DNA of 64,000 bases from the NCBI RefSeq assembly GCF_009914755.1, contig NC_060925.1. One strand, written 5' to 3'. Shown here one piece after another: positions 18,044 to 34,984 of the stretch. Below the pieces are notes generated by a model, which worked only from the letters and a program-made list of their open reading frames with translations, ran no database searches and was not told the DNA's origin. The number at the start of each line of letters is the position of its first letter. Position 1 is the first letter of the stretch. The stretch comes from the human T2T-CHM13v2.0 reference genome, Homo sapiens. The translations under genes and the position numbers were made by a program.

Positions 18044-18738
18044 CAGTACTCCCTCTTTATCTCTTTGTCTGCAGTTTTGCTTTCCACAGTTTGTTACCAA
18101 TGGTCAACCACGGTCCAAAAATATTAAGTGGAAAATTCCAGAAACAATCAACTCCTAAGTTTTAAATTGCACACTGTTCGGGGTGGTGAGATGAAATCTC
18201 ATGTTGTCCTGCTCTGTCCAGCTCAGAATGTGAATCACCCCTCTGTCCAGCATATCCATCCTGTCTGCACTCCCCATTTGTCAGTAGCTGTCTGGATTAT
18301 CAGATCGACCATTGCGTATCACCATGCTTGTGTTCAAGTCACCTTATTTTAGTTCATAATGGCCCCAAAGCACAAGAGTAGTGATGCTGGCAATTCAGAT
18401 ATGCCAAAAAGAAGCCATAAAATGCTTCCTTTAAGTGAAAAGGTGAATGTGTTTGACTCAAGGATAGAAAAAGAATCATATTCTGAGGTTACAAAGGTCT
18501 ATGGTGAGACTGAATTTTCTGTCTCTGAACCTGTGAGCAGTATATTGTTATACTTGTTCTATTTTATTATTATTTATTGTTGTTAATCTTTTATTGTGCC
18601 TAATTTATAAATTAAACTTTATCTTAATATGCGTGTATATGAAAAAAGCCAATGTATATAGAGTTTGTTACTATCTGCAGTTTTGGGCATCCACTTGGGG
18701 TCATGAATGTACCTCCCATGGATAAGGAGGGACTACTG
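18044..18738 (+). mobile_element. MER44 (Tigger7-derived) DNA transposon, C/D size class
   Basis: TIRs cagtactccctctttatc / gataaggagggactactg, TA on both flanks, transposase N-terminus MAPKHKSSDAGNSDMPKRS (18359-18586). Confidence 0.9.
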
Positions 18739-18954
18739 TATGCTGAAGTTTTAGACATGAAGTGTTGAAATGTCTACAAGTTACCTACAAATGGCTCAAC
18801 CTATGTATACTTATCCTTATGTATATATATTATTTTAAATTATAGAAAAATGCTAACAATTATTAAACAAAGGTAGTAGATTTGTAGGTGTTCACTGTAT
18901 CCTTATTTTAACTTTCTGGATATTTGAACATTTTTTATAATAAAATGTTGAGCT

Positions 18955-19090
18955 TGAGGTGTTGGCTCATGCCTGTAATCCCAGCTACATGAGAGGCTGA
19001 GGTGGGAGGATTGCTTGAGTCCAGTCCAGGAGTTTGAGAACAGCCTGGGGCAACATAGTGAGACCCCCATCTCAAAACAATTAAATAAAA
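18955..19090 (+). mobile_element. FLAM / Alu monomer
   Basis: ggctcatgcctgtaatcccagc..gcaacatagtgagacccccatctc plus A-rich end. Confidence 0.85.
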
Positions 19091-19799
19091 TATTGAAAAA
19101 AGAGAAATTTACAAAAGAAAATACTAGGAAAGATAAGCCTCATTAACCAGTATATTTGGAAATATTACCTGATGGACTTTCTTTTCCGTCATTTTCTGAC
19201 CTCCTTATTCCACAGTCATTTTCCTACTAAGACTAAGTCAAGGGCTGAAATTTATTGGTCTATGGAATGGGGAAGATAAATACAGCTGAGACAAAGAGGT
19301 CACTATTCAACTTTGACTTTCAAAATAGAGTTGTTTTTTTTTAATACTGATGCCAAAACAATACAATAGAAAACAAAGACTTTATTTGAAAGAGCCATGC
19401 TTTGTTGGTGGTGGGATGGTGTTCAAAGGGCCATAGCTCAGAGGGTTTATGTGGGAGTTATATTCTTACTAATAGAAAAGGAGATTACCTTTTCCAGCAT
19501 TATTGTGGGTTAAATAAGTTAAACTTTTTTCTATTAAAAAAACTAGAAATGCTCATTAAACTGAAATATCCTTTTAAATGCTTAGATGATCCTACAAAAA
19601 TTAAGGCATATACTCATGAGCTTAAAAGAAGAAGGAATTAAAAACTAGGGCCATAAGCACCTGAACCTTATTTATTGCTGATTCTCTGCAGTGTTTGCTG
19701 GTCTAAGTAACATAAGGCTTGTGTTTTAGTAGCATCTTATGAGAAAATGAGATCTTGGGCCATCAGGAGACATGGGGTTAGAACTAATATCAGGTTACT

Positions 19800-21500
19800 T
19801 GAAGGGCTCCATCTTCAGTAAAATATTTGACAAAATCTAGCTCTTAGCAAGGAAGTATGAGTAAATGAATCTATTTTGTCTTGAGATCTGAGTGGGAAAA
19901 AAACCTTCCCTGATAATTCATAACCGGAGTCCTATCTTGACACAAGATTGGGAAATAAATTTATATCATTTGCAAAGTCTAGAACCAAGTCCAAACATTA
20001 ACCTAAAAGTGGCCCTGTGATATAATATCCTTATTGCTTTTGCCAAAAGCAAATTCAAAACCACTCTGGAGGGAGTGGCCTCGTGGGATTTGCACAAAAT
20101 CAGACAAACATGACCTCACAGTCCAAACATATAAAACGTGATATAATCTTTGATGAATAGGAGAGAGAAGAAAAACCTCCATATTTGACCCCCCAATAAT
20201 TTAAGAAAATGGAATTATTAGATAGACTCTAAAATGAACATGAGTAACATCATTTAGGAAACAAAAGGATTGAAATATATGAGAAAAGAAATAGATATAA
20301 GCAAAGATTAGACAGATATGAAAAAGACAAGTATAACTTCTAGAAATAAAATACATAGTCATTGGAATTAGAAAGTGGTGAGTGCTGTTGATAAGTCTGA
20401 AGTGAATAGCAGGAGCAACTGGTAAATGTCTCTACAGGCTCATGCCCCCAGCTCAGCTACCCTCAGTTCCCGCAGAATAGCAGGAGCAACTGGTAAACCT
20501 CTCTACAGGCTCATGCCCCCAGCTCAGCTACCCTTGGTTCCCACAGATAAATTTTGCTAAGGAGAAGATCACAATCAAAATTATGAAACAAAAGAATAAA
20601 CCATGCACTTTGAGAATGTCATCAGACCAAATAAAAAAAAAACCCACAGAAATTTTAAAATTAACATGTTGACAATCATTAGACAGAAAATAAATAATTA
20701 AAAGTGATAAAATAATTATTACTGATCAAATATAGCAAATCTTAAAAAGACAAAATATAACTTCTAAAAATTAAAAATGATCATTACAGTTTTTAAAATA
20801 ATAGGAGGTTAAATAGCCAAAAAGAGATTAGCGAACTAGAAGATAAAGCTCATGAATTTACTGAGAATGCTTCCCGCAAAGATAAAAAAAGCTTACATTT
20901 AGAATGTGTATAGAAAAAAAAGATAAAGAAAAGGAATGTATAAAAGACATGGAAGTGGAGAGAGAAGGTATACTATGTGTCTAACTGGAACTCTAAAGAG
21001 AGATAATGAAGAAGATGAGGGAAAGATAGTAGGCAAAGAGTCTTCTGAGAGACAATGTTTCAGAATTGATGAAAAATATTAACCTAAAGACCCAGCAATC
21101 ATAAGCCCAGGTTGTGAATAAAACTAAATCCACACCTAGACAGATGATGAAACTTCCAAACTACAACCATAAAGAAAAGATATTTTTCAAAAGCAGAGAA
21201 AAAAGACAACTTACAAAGGAAGAAAAAATAAACTCTAAGTAGGCTTCTCAAAAGCAAGAATAGAAACTAGAAGGCAATAGAACAATATCTGTAAAATAGT
21301 GAGATAAACTAACAATGCACCTGAATCCACCACTGATAGAACCTTGTTGAAAGAACCAACAAATGATTTAGTCAAGAAAGAAATGGAGCCTAGAAGCACA
21401 AAGTGAGGTACAGGATGTATTCTTAAGCAAATAAATTAGTCAGCAGGTGGGTAACCTGGGCATATTAAACAATAATAAAAATGTTGACAAACTCACAAGA
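19800..21500 (+). mobile_element. Ancient L1M/HAL1-like 5' and ORF1 remnant
   Basis: A-rich diverged ORF1-like sequence (aaatccacacctagacag, cagagaaaaaagacaacttacaaagg). Confidence 0.55.
20404..20545 (+). repeat. Tandem duplication, 2 x 71 bp
   Basis: gaatagcaggagcaactggtaaa..cagctcagctaccct at 20404 and 20475; about 5 mismatches. Confidence 0.95.
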
Positions 21501-21529
21501 AGACATTTCTCTATATGTTAAAGTATAAC

Positions 21530-21890
21530 TGTCTGAGTCCATTTTGTGCTGCTGTAACAGAATATCTCGGACTGGGTAATTTATGTCACAAACTGGCTCA
21601 TGGTTCCAGAGGCTGAGAGTCCAAGATTGAGGGCCTGGCATCTGGTGAGAGCCTTCTTGCTGCATCATAACATGGTGGAGGGCATCACATAGGAGAAAGA
21701 GAGAGAGCAAGTGAGGGCCAAACTCATCCTCTTATAAGGAACTTACTCCTGGGATAATGGTATGAATCTCTTAATGAGGGCAGAGCCCTCATGGCCTAAC
21801 ACTTCTTAAAGATTTCACCTCTTAACACTGTGGTATTGGGGGTTGACTTTCCAACACATGATTTTTGGGAGACACATTCAAACCATACCA
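21530..21890 (-). mobile_element. MST/MLT1A-type MaLR solo LTR
   Basis: tgtctgagtccattttgtgctgctgtaacagaata..aaccatacca; 5-bp TSD ataac on both sides. Confidence 0.9.
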
Positions 21891-22285
21891 ATAACCTTGC
21901 ACTGTTTTATTGAAATGGGCACTACAATATAAATCTTAAGCCTTACCACAATTATACAACCTTTCCCTTGAACAAACACAGATGGTGGGTATCTCTAATA
22001 ATCCTCAGATTGTTGCCATGTCCCAGCCCATGACTGGGCTCAATCTCAGACTTTCAACCAAGAAACATACTTTCATCTTTTATAATATCATATCTGATTA
22101 CATGATAGGGAAAACAAGATTGCCAGATTATTTAAACATAGATATCTGTGGTTACGGCTAATTGATCACAGTCTCCAAAAATTAAGTAGATAGGTGTGGC
22201 TTGACATATATAGGAAGAAATATTTTTAGTTTACTGAGTAGACAGGCATCTAATATGAGGATCCGTGGAAGAAATTCACAGCTTC

Positions 22286-23232
22286 TTTTTTTTCTTTTTA
22301 AAAATTTCAATACTTTTGGGGGTACAGGTGTTTTTTGGTGACATGGATAAATTGCATAAGGGTGAAGTCTGAGATTTTAGTGCACTCATCACCCAAATTG
22401 GTACATTGTACCCAATATGTAGTTTTCTTTATCCCTCATCTTCTTCCCATCCTCTCCTATTCTGAGTCTCCAAAGTCCATTGTACCACTCTGCATGCACT
22501 TGTGCACCCATAGCTTAGCTCCCATTCGTAAGTGACAATATATAGTATTTGGTTTTCCATTCCTGAGTTACTTCATGTAGAATAATGGCCTCCAGCTCCA
22601 TCCAAGTTGCTGCTAAAGGCATTATTTTATTCTTTTTTAATGGTTGAGTAGTATTCCATGGTGTATTTATACCACAGTTTCTTTATCCACTCATCAGTTG
22701 ATGAGCACTTATGCTGGTTCTATATCTATGCAGTTGGGAATTGCGCTGTGATAAACATACATATGCAGGTGTCTTTTTGATAGGAATTGCACTGAATCTG
22801 TAGATTGCTTTGAGCAGTATCGTCATTTTCATGATATTGATTCTTCCAATCCATGAGCATGGGATGTTTTTCTGTTTGTTTGTGTCATCTATGATTTCTT
22901 TCAGCAGTATTTTGTAGTTCTCCTTGTAGAGATTTTTAATCTCTTTGGTTAAGTATATTCCTAGATATTTTATTTTTTTTGCGGCTATTGTAAAAGAAAT
23001 TGAGTTCTTGATGTGAGTCTCAGCTTGGACATTCTTAGTGTATAGCAGTGCTACTGATTTGTGTGCATTGATTTTATAATCTGAGACTTTACTGAATTCA
23101 TTGATCAAATCTAGGAGTCTTTTGGAGGAGTTTTCTAGGTGTACAATCAAATCATTGGCAAACAGAAATCCTTTGACTTCTTCTTTTCCAATTTGGATGC
23201 CCCTTATTTCTTTCTCTTGCCTGATTGCTCTG
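22286..23232 (-). mobile_element. L1PB 3' fragment with internal deletion
   Basis: L1PB-type 3' end; ORF 22683-23267 carries RT-region residues ([12 protein letters not shown]); junction at ~22780. Confidence 0.85.
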
Positions 23233-24915
23233 CATAATCTCTTCCAGAGTAAAAACAGAGAATACACTTTTCAATTCATTTTATTAGTATTGGATGTCTC
23301 AATACCAAGACTAGACAAAGATATTATAAGAAAGAAAACTGCAGATATAAACAGTTGAAGATAAAAATCTTCAAGAAAACATTAACAAATCAAATCCAGC
23401 AAAACATAAAAAGGATAATATATCCCAACCAAGTGGGGTTTATTGCAGGAATATATGACTGGTTCAACATCATAAATCAAGCAATGGACTGCGTGCAGTG
23501 GCTCACGCCTGTAATCCCAGTAAGTGGTGCTGAAAAATTGGGCATACATGTGAAAACAAAAAAGAGTCTTAGTCTGCACCTTACGCTGCATAAAAATGTG
23601 AATCAAAAATGATTAATAGACTAAATGCAAAATCTAAAATCATAACACTTCTATAATAGAAAATTCCCTAAGAGAAAACTTTCACGATGTGGGTTAGGCA
23701 AAGAATTTGTAGACATGACACCAAAAGCTTATGTAAAAGAAAAAAATTCGATAAACTGGACTTTATATTAAAATGTAACATTTTGCTCTGAGAAAGACAC
23801 TATTAAATATTTGAAAAATAGAAGGCATAGATTGGGGGAAAATATTTGCTAATCACATTTCTGACTAAAAGCTGCATTCGGAATATAGGGAATATTTAAA
23901 ACTCAACAATAAGACAACAACCTAATTTTACGAAATGGACAGAACGTCTGAACCTTCACCAAAGAAGGAATTTTGGATGGAAAATAAGTATATGAAAATG
24001 GGCTCAGAATCACTAAAAATTAGGGGAAATAAAATAAGATACCAGTATGCATCTATAAGACTGTTTACAGTTATCTCTGAATATCATGTGCTGGAGAGGT
24101 TGTGGAACCAGTGGAGCTCTCCAACATTATTCGTCACGATAAAAAAGGATTTGACTACTTTAGAAAACAGTTTGGCAGTTTCTTATAAAGTTGAACACAT
24201 ATGGTGGACCATCAAGTGGTCCAACAATTTCACTCATAGGTACCCATTTAAGGGAGATAAAAATTTATGGTCACATAAAAATATGTACACAAATCTTCAT
24301 AGCCACTTTATAATTGTAATTGTCATTGTCAAATTGTAATTGTAATTGTCAGAACATGGAAACAATCCAGATATCTTTCAGCTGGAGAATGAATAAAAAA
24401 ACTGTGATACATCTATATAATAGGAGATAACTCAGCAATATCAAGGGACAAGCTATTGATTCCCCAACAACATGGATGAATCTTAAAACCCAAAGACTAT
24501 GTGTTGTTTGATTCCACGAGCAGACCTATAGGGAGAAAAACACATCAGCAGGAGCAGGGGTTGGGGGTGAGGGGAAGGGGTTTTGTATAAAAAGGAAGCA
24601 TGGGGAATTCAAGAGGAGGTGGATGTGTGATGGAAATGTTCTCTATAGAATCGTGACGCTATGCATGCGTCAAAACCCATCAAACTGTATGCCATAAAAG
24701 TGAATTTTACTGCATGTAAGTTAAAAATCTCAGCCAGGATATGGGAACAATATGGAAAGCCGGCTGTGTGTGACAAAGCGGCTCAGAATGTACTATGAAT
24801 GAATCACATAACCGATACGGAGGGAGGTGGGGAAGTCAGGGTTTAAACTGAATGGATGCTGTAAGACTCAAGACAAAAGAACTGTATATAAACACTGTGC
24901 TTGAGAAATTTGTTT
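23233..24915 (+). mobile_element. Old L1MC/MD remnant, resuming at ~30076-30260
   Basis: Sense ORF2 fragments and 3' region; ttgagaaatttgttt (24901) and ttgatacatttgttt (30076) flank the nested block. Confidence 0.7.
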
Positions 24916-25744
24916 TTTTTAAATTTTTAATTTTTCTGGCTATATAGTAGGTGTATATATTTATGGGGTATTTGGGATATTTTGCTACATGCATACAATG
25001 TGTAATAATCACTGTTTAGTGATTGGCTGACCCTTAGTTTTAGGAACATGGTTACCAGTGTGCATCTGTTGCTGACTTTAAAAATGCAATTATTAAAGTG
25101 AAGCTGTTTCCAATTGGCTGACTTTCAGAATTCTGAGCTGTCATTGATTGACTAGGTTTCAGAAACATGTTTATTGAAGTGAATTGTCATTGATTGATTA
25201 CGTAAATTTAAACTCAGCTGGGTAGTTACTTATTATAATAGCTAGCAAATAACTAGTCTTCTCATAGAAGTGTAAGAACTTTTTTTCTCAACAGCATATT
25301 CTCTAATATGAACCTGGATGTAATCTCAATGTCTACATAATATGCAAATGGTTAAGTAATTATGGTGAAGACATAATGGAATATTATGCAGTTAATAACC
25401 ATTATTAATGTCGCATAGCTGCATAGTAAAAGATTTATAATGTAAGGGTACATTTAAAAAGATTTTAAATAGAATTTTCTTGTTTATGGCAACTATTTGA
25501 AAAATATGCGTGTGTGTGTGTGTAAAGGGATCAATTCATAGAATGATGAATAACTCTTAATGCTTTACATGTTTTTATATTTTATATGTATATATGTGTG
25601 TGAACACAAACATGTTTTAAAATAAAGATTAAAAAAGCAATTTAATAATTCAACAGATAACAGGAAGGTTTGAAATTTAATAGGAGATGTTGAAGACCAA
25701 TATGCCTTTAAGACACAAATGAACTCATCTTATTAGAGGCCATA

Positions 25745-29805
<4,061 letters not shown>

Positions 29806-31108
29806 TCTTATTCACTCTTTCTAAGCATTTTTTTGTACCCATTAACTATCCCCACTTCCCCTCCCCCACTGCCTTCCCAGCCTCTGGTAATCATTATTCT
29901 ACTCTCTATCTCCATGAGTTCAATTGCTTTAATTATTAGCTCCTCCAAATAAGTGAGGACATGTGAGAACATCTTTCTGTGCCTGGCTTATTTCACTTAA
30001 CATAATGACTTCCCTTTCCATCCATGTTATTGCAGATGACAGTTTCATTCTTTTTTATGGCTGGGTAGTATTTACTTGATACATTTGTTTCTCATGGGAG
30101 TATGGGTTAGAAGTTTTGAAACTAATTAATTTGGATGTTAAGCTTGAACAAAATAAATGAATGAATAAATAAATAAATAAACACATTGTAAATGATCAAA
30201 GCTAGGTTTCTCAGAGTGGAAGAATGAAGTGTCGAAAATGAAAGTCAGGAGGGTTAGATGGAATCTAACCTTGATGCTCTTACCTTGCTAGGGTTTTCTG
30301 TGTTTTGGCTCCTCCCTGAACTTTCAGCCATCCCTGCAGGGCTGAGCCACACACAGTGACTCTCCACTTATTTGCTTCTCTTTTAGTGGTAGGCTGCTCT
30401 TGTTTGTGACTGGATTCTGAGTTCATGGTGGACATTCTCTGTTGTCTTGAATCAGCCTCAGTCTTAGTCATTTAGACCCAGTGCCTGGGTCTTGAGAGTG
30501 GGGCTCTCTGGGCATGCTATATTGATTTTACTACTTCTGTTGCTTTCCTGCTATACCTGTACTGTCCATTTCCAGAGAGCTGCACCAACCAGTGTCTTAC
30601 TTATATTTGGACCTACAGTGTCTGTGATAATGCCTGGTACATAATAGACCTTTGGTAAATTTCTATTGCATGTAATTGAACGAAGTCGATTTGAGTGAAA
30701 TGTTTAGGAAAACGAAGCGCTGACATTGCTTGTATTTCACAAGATAGTTGAAAATGAATTAACGAGGAAAATTCTGGTTTGAGAATCATTTTCTCTACCT
30801 CTTTATAACTATTTGAAATGACAGCATTCCCCATAATAGATTCTCTTTATTTGCCTCACTTCTCTTCGTAGGGGTGAGATAACTGAAATGTGCTGAGGAA
30901 TTTCCATGTGGCAAGTGTCATGCTGGTCTTTTAAACACACATCCTCATTTAAATCCTGATGATGCTTAAAATCTCCACTGAGAAAATAGGGGACTTAGTA
31001 ACTTTTCAAATAACTCAGAAGTAGTACGTAAAAGAGGCAGACTAGGAGTCTAGGCCTGAAGGCATGTAAATATCAAAACCAGCTTGTCAAACAGTGTGCT
31101 TCTCATAG

Positions 31109-31990
31109 AAAGATTACTTCTTAACTTGGAGATGAGAACTTTTCATGCTGTACAAACTCGCATGGACAGTGGGTGAGGACAGAAGACTTCTAGGCTGTAA
31201 ATCTCCAAGGGGTCAGGAAACAACCATGGGGTGGCCAATCGGAGTTGAACCCATTAAGTTACTTGTGAAGTGAAGAAAACATATCAATCAAATTTTTAAA
31301 AGTATAGTGTTTGCAATCTCTTGTCTTTCCAGAGCTCCCGACAACCGTCCTTCTGCTTTGCCTTGTGCTCTGCTGCCACCTGCTGGTCATCTCAGAGAAG
31401 GCAGAAGGAAACTTTGGGCCCAGGGTCAGTGCTCTGGGATCTTTGCCAGCGCAGCCCTGCAGAGTGACTACGGTGACATCTGCAATTGTTTTCTAGGAGC
31501 TTGTGTTGACATTCTTGGCTTATCTCAATTCTTTCATTATCTGAAAAGTTTTGAGTAAAAGACCTGTGCCCTAAGGTCTGAAGTTCCAGCCTTCAAACAG
31601 GATGTGGGCAGAGGCCTCCCCTTGCTTCGGTAATAAAGTAGATGGATGGCTGATAGGGAGGGCCCAGCAGTCCCTGACGGGGAAATAGTAGGCATTTTCC
31701 AAATGAGAGCTCTTCCCTCTCCCCCTCCCTTCACCAGAGGCCCCTCAGGAGATGCTTGGCTCCTGAGGTCCCTGAAGTTGGAGCACATTTAGAAGCTAAA
31801 ATAGTACCAAGATTTGGGTCTTCTCACTTGCAATTCAGGACTCCTCTGGCTAACGAAATTCTGCGTATGGACTTAAGCAAGAGAGAGCCCCCTAATATGG
31901 GAGTAGGTACAGAATTATAAAGTCTGCAGACACAGCAGGCAGGCGGCGGCTGACCTTACTATGCTGGGACTTTAAACAAGTGTTGCTAAG
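31109..31990 (+). pseudogene. Pseudo-exon cluster 3 (31109-31172, 31333-~31629, 31839-~31990)
   Basis: ttctcatag|KDYFLTWR*ELFMLYKLAWTV|gtgagg (phase 1), then ctttccag|ELPTTVLLLCLVLCCHLLVISEKAE..SAIVF*ELVLTFLAYLNSFII*KV.. (phase 1), then caattcag|GLLWLTKFCVWT*ARE..RQAAAD(frameshift)YYAGTLNKCC. Confidence 0.6.
31371..31389 (-). promoter_or_regulatory. CTCF core motif
   Basis: Minus strand TGACCAGCAGGTGGCAGCA closely matches the CTCF consensus CCASYAGRKGGCRS. Confidence 0.6.
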
Positions 31991-32826
31991 GTCAGCAGAG
32001 CATCCAGACACCAAATTGTGCAGTAGGATAGGAAACTATCTGTTAATGACTTTAGAAGTCTATCATTATTTTTCCACCATAAATCTTGGAAAAAACATTA
32101 GAAATAATGTATGTGTGCACATAGTCACACATATACAAAGAATGTAAAGAATATAAAATTTGTGATGAAAGGCTAAATACCAACAGTAGTTATCTGAAGG
32201 TGATTAGTGCTTTTCCTTATCTGCATTTTATAGTTTTTTTTTAAATGTTGAATATTTATTACTTAGTATCTTTTAAATTAAAAAAAGAAAGAGTGTCTCT
32301 TAATCAGAGACTCTGGCTGTATACATCTGGGACTTTTGGTTGTAAGTAGAATGGACCAGAATCTCCAAGGCAGGAGATGGGAAACAGAAAAGAAAGGTCA
32401 GCTCTGTTTTATTCTTGCAGCTCGCTCACCCCAGCAGTTTGAAGATAGAGGACAGGGCTATTTGGCTTCTCTGATGTCGTCACTCACTTGGCTGGGATGA
32501 CATATGGCTGGTGCTGGAGTCCAGAGATCTGGCACTGGCTGTTGTTCTTATTCATCCTTAATCCTGCATCACCCTTCATCTCTGGCCACTACTTCTGTCC
32601 TAGTCCTCCCCTATCATGGTAATTGTCTTGTCCTCATTCCAATCTCTCTTTCTACCACCACACAAAATTTTGACAAGCAAGTGGCTAGAAACCGACATTG
32701 TTTGTTCAGTATTAAGTCAAAGGAGAAAAGGAGGAGGAACACAGAGGTGTGGTTTTGTTGTTGTTGCTTTTTTTTTTCTTGCCACTGGAAAGATTTGTGC
32801 ACACTGACATTTAAAACTTATTAACC

Positions 32827-33134
32827 AGCCAGGAGTGGTGGCTCACTCCTGTAATCCTAGCGCTTTGGGACGCTGAGGTGGGCAGATCACTTGAGGCCAG
32901 GAGTTCGAGACCAGCCTGGCTATAATGGTGAAACCTCTTCTGTAGTAAAAATACAAAAATTAGCCAGGCATGGTGGCACACACCTATAATCCCAGCTACT
33001 TAGGAGGCTGAGGCAGGAGAATTGCTTCAACTTAGGAGGCGAAGGTTGCAGTGAGCCGAGCTCGCACCACTATACTCCAGCCTGGGTGACAGAGCGAGAC
33101 TCTATCACAAAAAACAAAACAAACAAACAAAAAG
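32827..33134 (+). mobile_element. AluS (Sx/Sz-like)
   Basis: Full dimer, (caaa)n tail, TSD acttattaacc / acttactaacc. Confidence 0.93.
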
Positions 33135-33689
33135 ACTTACTAACCAACAGCTTAACTTGGGCTGAGAGGGACTAAAACTTGGGTCTCTACCTTACCAAGT
33201 GAAATACCAGATGAGCAAAATCACGCTCAAGTTCTCACTCCCAATAAGCTTTTTCTTCCCCTATTCCCATTTTGAAAGAGGGTGAATATTCTTCCAGAAT
33301 CCTAAGCATAAAATATGAGAGTTGCTGTGGAGTCTTCTCCCCATCTTAGCAATTGCCAAGTTCTGAAGCTTCCATCTGAGGCCCTCCCTTCTCCCCTCCT
33401 TCCCTCTATGGGCTCCCTGTTTTACCCCCATCACCTCTGCTCTGCTCACAGCATGAGCCTCCTGAGGTTTCACACCCCCAGTCTGCCCTCATCCAGTCCA
33501 TCTGACCTAGAGATGCTGCATTCATTCATCCGAGGGCCAGTTTTGACTGCCTTTTTAAAAACATTTGCGAGTTCTCTGGTATTGACCAAATAATACTTGA
33601 ATTCTAAAAGTAGGTGTATAAACCCTTCTGCAGTCTAATCCCAGGTTATCATTGACTATTCCCTGTGGGATAACGTTGTCAACAGCCAA

Positions 33690-34050
33690 ACTTGGTGGTT
33701 CCAGGCACTGTAGTTGACACTGAGGCTATAGACATGAGAATCGGATGCAGTGCTTGCGCTCCAGTAGCCCCACCTCCTGTTGGAGACACAGTCAGCAGTG
33801 GTGTACGTGCTGTAGAGGGATGACGAAGGCTCTCTAGGAGTCTAGGACAGAGAGTGTCAGAGGCTTCTTTAGGCTAAGGCAGAGAAGGAATAGGAATTAA
33901 CCAGACACCTTGAGGGTAGAAATCGAGGCTAGGAGACTGGTAGACATTTTAGGAGAGGCAACCAAGCAGTTGCATGAAATTGCAAGAATACATGCCAGGT
34001 GCTACTTCACATAGTTTAGGCTGCATGTGAGGAAGCAGTGGAAGAAGATG
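33690..34050 (-). mobile_element. L2 3' fragment
   Basis: ccaggcactgtagttgacactgaggctatagacatg resembles the antisense L2 tail. Confidence 0.6.
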
Positions 34051-34605
34051 CAGGGGGCATAAGAACAACAGCACAAACATAAATTTCTTCCTTGTATTCT
34101 GCTTAGCACTTTTCATGGGTTTTCATGTTTACTTCTCAGGAAACACTAATATGGGTAAGGTTTGTTCTGCTACAATGTATGCTTCTGTAACAACAGTTAG
34201 CTTATACTTGATTGGAAAATAAGGGAATGATTTCAGTATAATGAAGTTGGGTTGGTTCAGATAGTCTCCCCACCCCACCCCGCAAGGCTAGGGGAATTAG
34301 AAAAGCAGGAATAAAATCAGAACGTTCAGCAGGAAATAAGAAAGCCCTCAGCTCAACTGTGGCTTAGACTCAGGGCCCTTACTGCTCTATTTTAAGAAAA
34401 TTAAAAATGAGAGTCTGCCATGGGGCTCCCTCTCTAGAGAAGCCAGCTTTACGCAAGATCCTGGCTCTCGGCAGGTCCATGTCCCCCTCTGTCTACATTC
34501 ACTGCAGCCCCTCTGGTTCAGAGCTCCACTTCTATCTGCATTTTCTTAGTGCCTACATGATACTATCTCCTCTCTATAACTCTGAGCTTTTTTGATAGCC
34601 CCTGA

Positions 34606-34653
34606 AGCAGCCTTCAACTGTGCTGAGCAGCCTTCAACTGTGCTGAGCAGCCT
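34606..34653 (+). repeat. Perfect 20-bp tandem repeat x2.4
   Basis: agcagccttcaactgtgctg twice, then agcagcct. Confidence 0.95.
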
Positions 34654-34984
34654 GCCTGGATCGTCCAAGTTATCTCCAGAGATTCCAGCTATTGTTTTTC
34701 TGTCTGGTTGCAAAGTTTCACAGCTTTTGAGAGATATGCTCAATTTCATTTTTTTCCCTTTAGTCCTTTATTTTTAGTGTGATTTTGTAGAATGTGAGAT
34801 TTTTCAGGATCGAGTATGTTGTGCAATAGAAGACATGTACTATTGAATTCTTGTTTCATAGGAGAGGAAATAGCAGCTTAGATGCATGTAACTTGCTCAT
34901 GTTTTTATGTCTGGTGGATAGTAATGCTGAATTTCATGGCTCAAGCTACTTTGTTTTATGGGGCAGATTGGATAGGGTCTTACA

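Larger units (their letters stand above)
17139..19793 (+). pseudogene. Pseudo-exon cluster 2 (17139-17310, 17947-18035, 19393-~19444, 19692-19793)
   Basis: AG acceptors; donors gtatgt, gtgatg, a degraded one, gttact. Chain reads ..WRYQLALSGLI*IWKEKIIQAKMVA|RLGIR*YLGSTVNILHDNSMAM*ENLLILR|AMLCWWWDGVQRAIAQ|VCWSK*HKACVLVASYEKMRSWAIRRH. Confidence 0.45.

Noticed and set aside
19393-19425. SHALLVVGW, resembling the papain catalytic His motif
   Set aside because: No other cathepsin motifs nearby; a different frame fits the phase chain of the Trp-repeat pseudogene.
34606-34653. Short direct repeats as a CRISPR-like array
   Set aside because: Head-to-tail duplication without spacers in eukaryotic DNA.
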